DNA from: an uncultured delta proteobacterium | Lineage (GTDB): Bacteria > Desulfobacterota > Binatia > UBA9968 | Direction: 5' to 3' | NCBI GenBank assembly: GCA_963771465.1 | Contig: CAVYTU010000006.1 | Coordinates: forward strand, 64,001-128,000 | DNA: 64,000 nt | In this document: positions 20,810 through 30,462 of the stretch, piece by piece | How positions within the stretch are numbered: the first letter of the stretch is position 1 | How the letters are laid out: every line of letters begins with the position of its first letter | Notes under the pieces: generated by a model | What the model saw: only the letters and a program-made list of their open reading frames with translations | The model's database searches: none | Told to the model about the DNA's origin: nothing | Translations under genes and position numbers: made by a program

Positions 20810-22201
20810 TTGACTACATCCTCCGAGTTTACTCAAGTCCTGTCCGCTTACGTTGCGGCGGCTTTGACGTTACCGCTGCCTGATGAAATCGTCGCGTGCG
20901 CGAAACAACACATTCTCGATACCTTCGCGGCAATGATTTCCGGTTCCCAGTTAAAACCGGGAGAGGTCATGCGTCGTTACGTCAAGAGCGAAGGCGGTCC
21001 GCCTGTGGCTCAAATCATTGGCAGTTCGCTGCTCAGCGCAGCGACACTGGCCGCGCTCGCCAACGGCACTTCGGCCCATGCGGATGAAACAGATGATTCT
21101 CACGCGGCATCCGGAACGCATCCGGGTTGTGCCGTTGTGCCGGCAGCGCTGGCGATGGCTGAGCAGATGGGCAGCAGCGGTGAGGCTTTCCTGCGGGCGG
21201 TCGTGGTCGGTTATGATGTGGGCTGCCGCGTCGGCCGGGCTCTTAATCCACTTTCTCTATCGCATACAGGTCACAGCAGCCGTAGTCTGGGAAATACCTT
21301 TGGCGCATGCGCTGCGGCCGCAGTCTTGGCGCGCCTCGATGCGCAGCAGGTTGGTTGGGCGCTTGCCTATGGCGCGCAACAAGCCGCTGGCATCGGCAGC
21401 TACATTCGCGCTAAAGAACATATCGAGAAGGCTTTCGTGCTCGGTGGGATGCCGGCGCGCAACGGCATCACGGCGGTCAATCTGGCGCAAGCCGGCGCTA
21501 GCGGCACCGCCGATCCGTTTCACGGCGAACGGAATTTTTTGCGCGCCTATTCACCCGACCCACGGCCCGAGGAATTGGTTCGCGGATTAGGAGTAAATTT
21601 CGAAATCGCTCAGACCAGTATCAAAAGATATTGTGTGGGCTCGCCGATTCAGGCGCCGCTGGAGGCGTTGTTTGAAATGGTCGCTGAACACAAGTTATGC
21701 GCCGACGATATTGAGCGACTGATCGTGCGCTTGCCGGAACATAGAGCGGCTACGGTCAACAACAGAGAAATGGCGGACGTGAATCTGCAGCACATTCTCG
21801 CTTTGGCGCTTGTCCACGGCGAAGTCTCTTTTGCCATGGCACATGCCGACAAAAGCGATGCATCCATCACTGCGCTCAGGTCACGAATCGAGCTCGTCGC
21901 CGATGCCGAATTGCTGGAAAGCGTGTCGCCGCGCCAAGTACGACTGGAAGTCCTCACCCGAGACGGTCGACGGCTGGCCAAGTACCTTCCGACCTATCAC
22001 GGCACGCCGGAAAATCCGCTGTCGCTGCAAGAGGTCGAAACTAAGGCGCGTGAATTGACGTCATCGGTGATCGGTAATCGGAACACTGAGGAACTCATCC
22101 AATATATCAGAGAACTGGACCGCGTCGGCGATATGCGCGAGCTGCGGCCGAAATTTGTCGTCATCGAACAAGACTCGAACTCAAGCGAGCAAGGAGGTTG
22201 A
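20810..22201 (+). CDS. MmgE/PrpD family protein
   Basis: ILDTFAAMISGS, ANGTSAHADETDDSH..HPG, IKRYCVG, HGTPENPL. Confidence 0.9.
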   Translation: MTTSSEFTQVLSAYVAAALTLPLPDEIVACAKQHILDTFAAMISGSQLKPGEVMRRYVKSEGGPPVAQIIGSSLLSAATLAALANGTSAHADETDDSHAASGTHPGCAVVPAALAMAEQMGSSGEAFLRAVVVGYDVGCRVGRALNPLSLSHTGHSSRSLGNTFGACAAAAVLARLDAQQVGWALAYGAQQAAGIGSYIRAKEHIEKAFVLGGMPARNGITAVNLAQAGASGTADPFHGERNFLRAYSPDPRPEELVRGLGVNFEIAQTSIKRYCVGSPIQAPLEALFEMVAEHKLCADDIERLIVRLPEHRAATVNNREMADVNLQHILALALVHGEVSFAMAHADKSDASITALRSRIELVADAELLESVSPRQVRLEVLTRDGRRLAKYLPTYHGTPENPLSLQEVETKARELTSSVIGNRNTEELIQYIRELDRVGDMRELRPKFVVIEQDSNSSEQGG

Positions 22202-23286
22202 ACGTGAATCTAAAATGCCGGTTATTCTGGAGTGTCGCCGCGTGCATCAATGCGCTGGTTATTGGCGCAGCCGTCGACATTACAAATGTTCACGCGGCGG
22301 ATGCCGCCAAAGGGCAAACTCTCGACTCCATCGTTCAAGGTGCCAAGAAGGAAGGCAAGCTTAGCTGGTCGACCAATCTGGAAGAGCACGAAGTTAAGGA
22401 AATGCACAAAGCCTTTCAAACGGAATTTCCGTTCCTCAAGATCAATTACAAACGAATTATGGGCGGCGAGCAAAGGCAGCGGATACTCTCCGAGATGCAA
22501 GCCGGATTGTTTCCCTACGATTTGATGAGCATCGAGGACGAAGCCTCGGACGATTTCCAAAAGCAAGGCTTTCTGATCGATCCGGTGAATTGGCAGAAGA
22601 TTTTTGGCATGGACCCGAGAATGGTTCACCCTCAAGGATACGCCGTTTCGGTCGGCAATAACCCTGCGGGAATCTATTACAACAATAAACTGGTGCCGAA
22701 GGAGCGCGTGCCAAAAACCTGGGCCGATTGTTACAACCCCTATTTTATGAACAAGATGTCGGCCGACGTGCGGCCCACTCACATGGTCTCCGTCATGTAC
22801 GGATATGGCGAAGATTGGACCTTTGACTTTGCTAAGAAGTTACTTGCCAATAAGCCGAAATGGTTCCGCGGCAATTCATTGGCCGTGACCATGGTGGCGT
22901 CCGGAGAGGTGGTTCTCTCCTGTCCTGCCAGCCATGGATCGTGGTACCGGGCTGCCCTAGGCAAAACTAATTATCCCGTCAGTTTCGTCTATCCCGAAGG
23001 ACCCATCGTCGCATCGCGGGAAATCTTTCTCAGTCCAGTTAAGGGAGCGCCAAATCCAAACGCCGCGCTGCTCATGACCGGCTGGGTCGCGGCCAAAGGG
23101 GTCAAATATCTGCGCACGGGACGAGAGAGCATTTTCCATCCGGAATCGGAATTGGGCGCGCAGATCAAAAAAATGGGCCGACCTTTAAAGGTGACCGATT
23201 GGGATACTGCCACCAAAACCGAGGATCTCATGCGCAAAATACTTGAAGTTTGGGGCTTCCCAAAGCCGGAAAAAAAGGGCGGCTAA
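22198..23286 (+). CDS. Extracellular solute-binding protein (AfuA-like)
   Basis: Signal peptide; GAKKEGKL, YNNKLV, VPKTW, APNPNAALL, WGFP. Confidence 0.88.
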   Translation: MNVNLKCRLFWSVAACINALVIGAAVDITNVHAADAAKGQTLDSIVQGAKKEGKLSWSTNLEEHEVKEMHKAFQTEFPFLKINYKRIMGGEQRQRILSEMQAGLFPYDLMSIEDEASDDFQKQGFLIDPVNWQKIFGMDPRMVHPQGYAVSVGNNPAGIYYNNKLVPKERVPKTWADCYNPYFMNKMSADVRPTHMVSVMYGYGEDWTFDFAKKLLANKPKWFRGNSLAVTMVASGEVVLSCPASHGSWYRAALGKTNYPVSFVYPEGPIVASREIFLSPVKGAPNPNAALLMTGWVAAKGVKYLRTGRESIFHPESELGAQIKKMGRPLKVTDWDTATKTEDLMRKILEVWGFPKPEKKGG

Positions 23287-23472
23287 GAATCGATAATAAT
23301 CAAATCAATTTTTCGCAGTGAGATCGTTTCAGATTTATTTTCGTCGAGCTAGACGATCTTGCGCATTGAGATTTGCCGAATCGCTGGTTGCCAAGCTAGT
23401 TTCATAAACCCAACTTGTTTCGATCTTGTCAAATCAGATCCATGCGAAAGTGCGACTGAGGGACGCTAATAG

Positions 23473-25254
23473 ATGAGCCGATTGGAGCACCGGGATCTCG
23501 CGCGAACCAGTCGATTGGCCGTGTTCAAAGTTTCACGCAAGCTGAGTCTCAGCAATGTGGTCTTGATCCTGGCGGTTGTAATTACGCTATGGCTCCTGCT
23601 CGTTCCCATGCTGTTACTCATCTTGAACAGCATCAGGACCGGCCCGCCGTCTTCGCTCGCGGGGCCGTGGACCTTGCGCAACTACTACGTCCTGTTCAGC
23701 AACCCGTTCTTTCATACTGCCCTCGCCAACACGGTGGTGATATCGGTGATCTCGACGTTGGGCGGACTTGTTTTCGCGGTCCTGTTCGCTTGGCTCATCG
23801 AGCGCACCGATATGCCTTTCCGAACGCTGGCGTGGATCGCGGTTCTTCTGCCTCTTGCCATACCCGGCGTTCTCTTCGCGCTTTCGTGGATGCTCTTGCT
23901 CGCGCCCAGAATGGGACTGATCAATATTGCGTTGCGAGAATTTCTTTCACTTTTCGGCTTCTCCCTCGACGAAGGACCGTTAAACATCCAATCCCTGTGG
24001 GGAATTATCTTTCTCGGTTGGATGCGCGGCGTGAGCACCATCTTTCTTATGATCGTCGGCGCCTTCCGCCTGATGGATCCCGCTTTGGAAGAAGCGGCGC
24101 GATTGTCGGGAGCCGCTCCCAAAGAAGTATTGCGTAGAATCACGCTACCCCTGCTGATGCCGGCGCTGGCGGCGGCGACGATTTACTCCTTCGTCTCTCA
24201 TCTCGAATCCTTCGAGGCGCCGCTTACGGTCGGCCTGGCCGCCGGCATCTTTGTCCTGAGCACGCTTATCTATTTCACCGCGCGTTATCATTTTCCGGTC
24301 GACTATGGGCTGAGTGCCGCTTACGCGGTCTTTTTCATGACGATCATGGCCGTGTTGTCTTACTTCTACGTGCGGATGATCCGTAAGGGAGAACGCTTTG
24401 CGGTGATCCGTGGCCGCGGATTTCATCCCATCCGCTATCGCTTGGGACGCTGGCGCTATCCGGCTCTCGCCTTATTCGCAGTCTATTTTTTTCTCACCCT
24501 TGTCTGTCCGCTATTGGTGTTGGTTTGGGCGTCGATCGTTCCGTATTATGTCGTGCCGTCGATGGAGGCGATGAAAATGATCTCCTTCGAGCATTATATT
24601 AACGTCGCTAACACTCCCAGATTCTTCCACGATACGATCAATACCGTGGTGATGGCGATCGGTGCCGGCGTCGTGACCATGGTTATCGCGTTGCTGATTT
24701 CCTGGCTGGTGGTTCGCCTCAAGCATCGGGCCGGTCTCATGCTCGACAGCCTGACCTTTATTTCCTACGCAGTTCCCGGAGTCGTCATCGCCTTGGCGAT
24801 GATTTTTGTTTACCTGCAACCGGCGCTGCGGCCGCTGGGAATTTACGGCTCGATCTGGATTATTGTTTTGGGCCTCGCGACCCAATACCTGGCCTTCGCA
24901 ACGCGCACGACCAACGCCGGTCTGCTCCAGATACATCAGGAACTGGAAGAGGCCGGCTCGGTTTCCGGAGCCGGTCGTCTGCGCATTATCTGGAAGATTA
25001 CGGTGCCGCTTTTGATGCCTTCGCTGGTTGCCGGCTGGATCTGGGTGGTGGCGCATTCTCTGCGTACTTTTTCGGTTCCACTGGTGCTCGCCAGCGAAAA
25101 CAACGAGGTGCTTTCCGTCTGGATATGGATTTATTGGCAGGCGGGAAGGATTCCCGAAGCCGCGGCGATCGGAGTGATGCTGATCCTGTTGACCGCACTG
25201 ATGGGACTAGCCGCAAGAAAGTTGGTAGGAGAGTCTTTGTCAGGCATGCGCTGA
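23473..25254 (+). CDS. ABC permease, FbpB/AfuB-like (two TMD repeats)
   Basis: Two EAA loops (MDPALEEAARLSGA; IHQELEEAGSVSGA) and many hydrophobic helices. Confidence 0.92.
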   Translation: MSRLEHRDLARTSRLAVFKVSRKLSLSNVVLILAVVITLWLLLVPMLLLILNSIRTGPPSSLAGPWTLRNYYVLFSNPFFHTALANTVVISVISTLGGLVFAVLFAWLIERTDMPFRTLAWIAVLLPLAIPGVLFALSWMLLLAPRMGLINIALREFLSLFGFSLDEGPLNIQSLWGIIFLGWMRGVSTIFLMIVGAFRLMDPALEEAARLSGAAPKEVLRRITLPLLMPALAAATIYSFVSHLESFEAPLTVGLAAGIFVLSTLIYFTARYHFPVDYGLSAAYAVFFMTIMAVLSYFYVRMIRKGERFAVIRGRGFHPIRYRLGRWRYPALALFAVYFFLTLVCPLLVLVWASIVPYYVVPSMEAMKMISFEHYINVANTPRFFHDTINTVVMAIGAGVVTMVIALLISWLVVRLKHRAGLMLDSLTFISYAVPGVVIALAMIFVYLQPALRPLGIYGSIWIIVLGLATQYLAFATRTTNAGLLQIHQELEEAGSVSGAGRLRIIWKITVPLLMPSLVAGWIWVVAHSLRTFSVPLVLASENNEVLSVWIWIYWQAGRIPEAAAIGVMLILLTALMGLAARKLVGESLSGMR

Positions 25255-25307
25255 TGGACAATGTCTAAGTCTCAGTGTCGGGTCTCCAGGAAACGGAAAC
25301 GAAAGGA
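25192..25307 (+). repeat. Left copy of a ~116-bp imperfect direct repeat (permease 3' end plus downstream)
   Basis: Aligns with 27047-27162, e.g. gagtctttgtcagg.atgcgct.atgg and aaacgaaagga. Confidence 0.85.
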
Positions 25308-25315
25308 CACGACGA

Positions 25316-25331
25316 CGGTACAAGACTTGCC
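25316..25331 (+). promoter_or_regulatory. Putative sigma54 -24/-12 site upstream of the PLD gene
   Basis: CGGTAC-AAGAC-TTGCC (GG-N10-GC). Confidence 0.5.
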
Positions 25332-25449
25332 GGGTAACGAGAAGCGCTTCATCAGAAGCAATCGGCATTGGGATGACCATCGTCAGGTACAAGACCTGGC
25401 GGCGACTACTAGTTGTATTCACTACCTTTAGACTCGGCCTTTAACACCT

Positions 25450-27035
25450 ATGCCTATAGCAAACGCGCAGCCGAGTATTTTCGAGGAAGGCCGCAATTGC
25501 CGGCGCGTCGCGGACGCGGGCAGGGTCGCATTCATCGTCGACGGCGACGATTACTTCAAGACGTTCATGGCGGCCGCCGAACGTGCGAGGGAATTGATCA
25601 TCGTCGTCGCATGGGACTTCAACAGCAATTGCTGTCTCAGCGTCGAATGTGACAGCAAGGACCCGCGCGCCAAGCTCGGGGAGTATCTCAACTACCTTGC
25701 GCGGCGTCGGCGCGGTCTGCACATCTACGTGCTCGACTGGGACTTCCCGATGATCTACGCCAAGGATCGGGAAGCACCCGTAAGAGTGCGGCTCGGGTGG
25801 GGCTGGAAACCGCATCGCCGCGTTCATCTCGAGTTCGACAATACGCATCCGCCAGGCGGGTCGCACCATCAGAAGATCGTCGTCATCGACGATGCGATCG
25901 CATTCTGCGGCGGGCTCGACCTCACCTGCCAGCGCTGGGATACCCCTGCGCATGCAGCCGTGCGATCCGCACCGGGTCGTGGAGGACCAGCCTTATCCGC
26001 CGTTTCACGATCTGATGATCGCGGTCGATGGCGAAGCGGCGCGGGAGCTCGGTCGTATAGCACGCGAGCGTTGGCGCGCGTCGACCGAAAAGGAGATACC
26101 TCCCGTCCCGTACTAACGAGGACCCCTGGCCGCCTGATCTCGAGCCGGCGCTTACCAACCTGCCGGTTGCGATCGCCGTCACCGCGCCGGAGTCGGCGCC
26201 ACACCAGGGAACGCGCGAGGTCGAAGCGCTCTACCTCGACATGATCGCGCGCGCGCAGCGCTATATCTATATCGAGAACCAGTATTTTACGGCGTACAAG
26301 ATCGGAGACGCCCTTGAAGCGCGCCTCCGGGAGCCCGGCGGTCCCGAGATCGTGGTGGTCACCCGGTTGCTGAGCCACGGCTGGCTCGAGGAGTACACGA
26401 TGGGCGTGTTGCGAAGCAAGATGGTCGAGCGGCTGCGCGCGGCCGACGTAGAAGGGCGCTTCAACGTCTATTATCCCGAGATGCCGGGACTGGCGGAGGG
26501 CACGTGCATCGATGTCCACTCGAAGATGATGGCGGTGGACGACGAGTGGCTACGCATCGGCTCTGCGAACATCAACAACCGCTCCATGGGAGTCGACACC
26601 GAGTGCGATCTCGCCATCGAAGCCGGCGGGCGCGCCGAGGTCGCGCACGCCATCCGCAGTTTTCGCAATAAGCTGCTTGCCGAGCACCTCGGCGTAACTC
26701 AGGAAGAAGTGGACCGGGAGACGACGGCCCGAGGTTCCATCGCCAGCGCCGTGAAAGCGCTCGAGAGACCCGGGAGGACGCTCAATCGGTTGGAAGTCGA
26801 GTCTCACTCTGACATCACGCTCAGCATTGCTGAAATGACCGACCCGGAGCAAGCGGTCGGCCTGGACAAGCTAAAAGCGCTGTTCTCGTTCGGCGCTGAA
26901 TTCCATTCCGTGCCACGGCCCGCGCGCAAAGCACTGGTGTACTTCGCGCTTGCCGGAGCTGTGTTCGTGCTATGGCGCTTCACCCCGCTGCGGAAGGTGC
27001 TGCGCATCGGCCGAGGGGAATCAGCACGACTTTAA
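25450..27035 (+). CDS. Phospholipase D family protein with two apparent +1 frameshifts (~25960, ~26107)
   Basis: Two HKD motifs (SHHQKIVVIDD, VHSKMMAVDD..GSANINNRS); the middle segments PYPPFHDLM and EDPWPPDL lie in successive frames. Confidence 0.85.
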
Positions 27036-27046
27036 CGGGAATGGCT

Positions 27047-27162
27047 ACCGCGCTCATGAGACTCGCAGCAAGAAGTTGGTGGGCGAGTCTTTGTCAGGAA
27101 TGCGCTAATGGCCAGTTTCTAAATTTCAGTGTCAGATCTCAGGGAAACGGCAAACGAAAGGA
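27047..27162 (+). repeat. Right copy of the ~116-bp imperfect direct repeat
   Basis: Decayed duplicate of 25192-25307. Confidence 0.85.
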
Positions 27163-27237
27163 AGCGTGTCGTCTTTGGCAAATTAGTAATTATCAAAGCC
27201 GACACCGAGCGCTCATCTTCTTACCAGGCTACAATTA

Positions 27238-28260
27238 TTACTTGCCAAAGATTTCCTGCGCCTGGCGCGCGAAAAACTCCAATTGCTCGCCCAAGGTAGA
27301 GTCCAATGGAATCAGCTTGATATCCTTCATCGCCGCCTGCTCCTGCGCGAGATCCGCGCGGGCCGACTGACGTTCGAAGGTGAGGACTTGACGTTGTCCT
27401 TCCTGAGACAAGACAAAGTCTAGGAACAGTTTTGCCGCGTTGGGATGGGGAGCCTTGGCCGTAAGTCCATAGCCGACCGGGACGACGAGCGCCGGACCCA
27501 AGGTTGTCCAATTGACCGGCGCGCCTCTTTTCATCAACGGGGTGAGAACGCTGTACGTGGAGTCGAGGTCGATATCGCCCTCGCCCGCGAGTACCAGCTG
27601 CGCTCTCATCGCGGTGGATTCACGGCGCACCGCGGGCTTTTGTTTGGCTAGGGCGCGCATGTAGTTGAGCCCTTTTTCTTTGCCCATCACCTGCAGCATC
27701 CAGCCAAACCATTGTTCCCTGGGGCTGACCATGAGCCTGCCCGTCCAAGTAGGACCGAGCAAATCCTCCCAGGTTTTCGGCAGCTGGTTTCGCGCGACAT
27801 TCCTGGTGTTGTAGCCGATGACGTGGACGTTCATGCTGCTGGTCGCCCAAAAACCTGAGTCCTTGAATTCTTTACCGTAGGCGCCCTCCTCGGGTGAAAC
27901 ATAGCGCCCGAGAAAATTACCCTTCCTCAAGAAATGCATCCCAATGGCATTATTCTGTAAAAGGTCAGCGAGAAATTTTCCCGAGCGGGTTTCCGCGATC
28001 ACCCGCGGGTAGAGGTTGTCGCTTGTCAGCCGGTTCAGCTTGACGTTGATGAACGGGTACTTCGCTTGGAACTTCTCATTGATCAGATTTGACTGCCGCA
28101 GGTCCGTAGTGCCGTAAATAACCAGTTCGCCTTCCTTCTTAGCACCTTCGATAAGCTTGGCGGTTTCGCTGGATTGCGCCCATGCCGACGGGCGCGGTTG
28201 AATCCAAAAGCACGAAAGAATGATTAGTGTTATCAGCGCGCGGCCCAATAGTTGGTTCAT
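27238..28260 (-). CDS. Extracellular solute-binding protein (AfuA-like)
   Basis: Signal peptide; LIEGAKKEGELVIY, GYNT, LPKTWEDLL, APHPNAAKLFLDF. Confidence 0.9.
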   Translation of the reverse strand: MNQLLGRALITLIILSCFWIQPRPSAWAQSSETAKLIEGAKKEGELVIYGTTDLRQSNLINEKFQAKYPFINVKLNRLTSDNLYPRVIAETRSGKFLADLLQNNAIGMHFLRKGNFLGRYVSPEEGAYGKEFKDSGFWATSSMNVHVIGYNTRNVARNQLPKTWEDLLGPTWTGRLMVSPREQWFGWMLQVMGKEKGLNYMRALAKQKPAVRRESTAMRAQLVLAGEGDIDLDSTYSVLTPLMKRGAPVNWTTLGPALVVPVGYGLTAKAPHPNAAKLFLDFVLSQEGQRQVLTFERQSARADLAQEQAAMKDIKLIPLDSTLGEQLEFFARQAQEIFGK

Positions 28261-28362
28261 GTTGCACCTCCTTTGTTAGGGAGCTGTCCTTACTATTCTG
28301 ATGAATGAAGCGCGACCGAGCGGGCAGACGAGTTTTCACGAGCGGCGATCACGCGGTTGAAT

Positions 28363-28390
28363 GCTCTAACATCACGAACTTTGTGTCAAG
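28363..28390 (-). promoter_or_regulatory. Putative promoter block shared with 31774-31804
   Basis: Minus strand CTTGACACAAAGTT..GATGTTAGAGC upstream of the SBP gene. Confidence 0.45.
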
Positions 28391-28641
28391 ATGGCAGGAT
28401 ATTCCCTCGTCCGCATGCGAAGCATGCTTGCCGTAATGGATCGACTTATATCGCGGTTTGCTGCTGGGCCAAACATGCGCTAAGAAAAGTCTTCTTTTGC
28501 TTGACGTATTTTTGAGTCTTGATTAAGGTTGCGGAGTTTTCATGACCGCTTCTGCTAATTGAGTATGAACCTCGACTACAATCTATTTAGCTGGCGAAAG
28601 ACACGGCAGTCACCAATGCCTGCCCGACAGAAGGAAAATTC

Positions 28642-28995
28642 ATGAGAGACGCAGGCTTACCTATTACCCTGATCATCGTCGGGAGCGCATGCTTGCGCTG
28701 GTAGTACAGGTTGTTTCCAGACATAGACTGGATCATTGCTGCCGGACTAGTCGTCGGAGGCGCGGCAGTTTTATACCTCGACGGGATCACCAAGAAGTCT
28801 ATTGTCGTTGGGCCATTTCTGATCGCGACCGGCATCGCGTGGGCTCTCCACGACCGCTGGCGTGTGACCTGGATCGTGTTGTTCCCAACGCTGCTCATCG
28901 TGCACGGTGTGTTGATGCTGTTTGCACGCGGCGCGAACATTCCGGAGCGGCGAATGCGCGGGGATCAGGTCCAAGGCAGTCGCCAAGAAGATTGA
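28642..28995 (+). pseudogene. Small membrane protein with an in-frame TAG at 28702-28704
   Basis: AAGGA RBS; MRDAGLPITLIIVGSACLRW*YRLFPDIDWIIAAGL... continues in frame as hydrophobic helices. Confidence 0.6.
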
Positions 28996-29044
28996 ATGGT
29001 TTTTGCTGGAGCGGAGCGCCTAAAGTATCAGCGGCTCGTTATGC
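28991..29044 (+). mobile_element. Decayed attC-like integron cassette site
   Basis: Directly after the stop codon: L''-like GCTGGAGC, L'-like (TA)TCAGC, spacer, R'-like GTTATGC. Confidence 0.4.
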
Positions 29045-29163
29045 TTGTCAAAAAGTTGTGCCTGTTTTCTCTACCTACCGGGATGACACGTCGACTGCAC
29101 GTGCACAAACGTACAACGGGCCGATTCTGTCACGCGTCATCGACTCCAGTAATTTTTCTGGAG

Positions 29164-30210
29164 CTAGTAACCCCAACGCGCCGCCACCGCCTTCACGCGC
29201 TCGTGTTCCGGCGCTAATTCTTTGCGCTGCACAAGTTCCCGGTAGGCCTCGGTGACCAGATCCTGGGCGCACACGGCTTCAATGGGCGGGACGTCGTAAT
29301 TGAGCGCACCGAGCCTTTCTTCTTCCTTCAGCATATCCTCGAAACCGGTCGCCAAACCGTCGATCGGGAACGGTCGCGCTTCCATGTCGCGCGGGGTGTG
29401 ACGAGGAACGTTTTCGACCACACGTTCTTCAGGGTCGGGGGTGGTCAAACGGAGACGCTTTCCCAGGTTAATGACGTGTTCGTAATTTTTCGGCATGTCG
29501 CGCACGAACCAGTATGCGCGAATCATCCCTTTGAGAAAACTTTTGACCAGCTCCGGTTTTTCCTCCAGGATCCGGCCGGTGGCTGCGACGACTCGTTCGG
29601 GCCGCCCCTGGGGATATTGATCCGCCGGACTCACTAGGATATTACAGCCTTCCTGCTTCAGATCGTCGGTGTCCCAAGCGGCCACCGGCGCACACTCGAC
29701 TTTGCCGGCCCGCAGGGCGTTTTTGAGCAGATGACGGCCGACACCGATGCGCACCCATTCGACATCGCGATCCAAATCCAGTCCAGCCTTTTTCAATTGA
29801 ATCTGAATCGCCCAGTGGCGAATGCTGTTGAAGTCGCTGATGCCGATGCGTTTGCCCTTGAGGTCGGCCAATGATTTTATATGCGGCGGCCCGACCCAGA
29901 CGTTGGTGTGCTGATTGCGCCAGCCGGCGATGATGTAGAGGTCGGCGCCGCGCGAGCGCTGGTAAAACACCGTCCGCGGTTGGACATCCAGCGCGATGTC
30001 GACAGACTTTTCTTTCATGGCCTGGGAGATCGCTAGTTTTTCCAGGCCGAAGGGCACCATCGAATCATGGGAGATGTGATAGGATAAAAATCCGTCGGCG
30101 CTTCTCAGGCCCTCGTCATAAAAATAATTCATCTCGTGCGCCACCATCACCGGCACCTGATGCGCCACGTGATAGCAAGTTGGTGCGATGCGCAGTTTAC
30201 CGTCTAGCAT
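29164..30210 (-). CDS. NitT/TauT (THI5/SsuA-like) binding-fold protein with no signal peptide
   Basis: LADLKGKRIGIS, QLKKAGLDLDRDV, KPELVKSFLKGMIRA; N-terminus MLDGKLRIAPTC lacks a hydrophobic leader. Confidence 0.8.
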   Translation of the reverse strand: MLDGKLRIAPTCYHVAHQVPVMVAHEMNYFYDEGLRSADGFLSYHISHDSMVPFGLEKLAISQAMKEKSVDIALDVQPRTVFYQRSRGADLYIIAGWRNQHTNVWVGPPHIKSLADLKGKRIGISDFNSIRHWAIQIQLKKAGLDLDRDVEWVRIGVGRHLLKNALRAGKVECAPVAAWDTDDLKQEGCNILVSPADQYPQGRPERVVAATGRILEEKPELVKSFLKGMIRAYWFVRDMPKNYEHVINLGKRLRLTTPDPEERVVENVPRHTPRDMEARPFPIDGLATGFEDMLKEEERLGALNYDVPPIEAVCAQDLVTEAYRELVQRKELAPEHERVKAVAARWGY

Positions 30211-30462
30211 GTGTTTAGCTCCCCTCTGGTTGTCGGTCTTTGATCTCAACTCCGTTCGCCATTGATAGCTGCTATCGGACCGAGCTGTCAACGCGCTCGG
30301 CGCTCTTGCTCAATGTCAACCGACGATGTCGTTGAACGACCTTTTCCGTGATAAAAGCGGCGCGGTGAGGATTACAACATCATTCAATCGTTACTCACCG
30401 CTTTGGTTCAGCGTTTTTAGCGGGTCGCTGGAGCGCTGGCGCGGTTTGGGGAAAATCCCGGA

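Noticed and set aside
25450-27035. PLD as a defence nuclease (DISARM-like)
   Set aside because: It has the two-HKD lipid-type architecture with a C-terminal TM segment and no defence neighbours.
28702-28704. Pyrrolysine or stop-codon recoding at the TAG
   Set aside because: Many genes here end in TAG, no pyl genes are present, and a point mutation or sequencing error is simpler.
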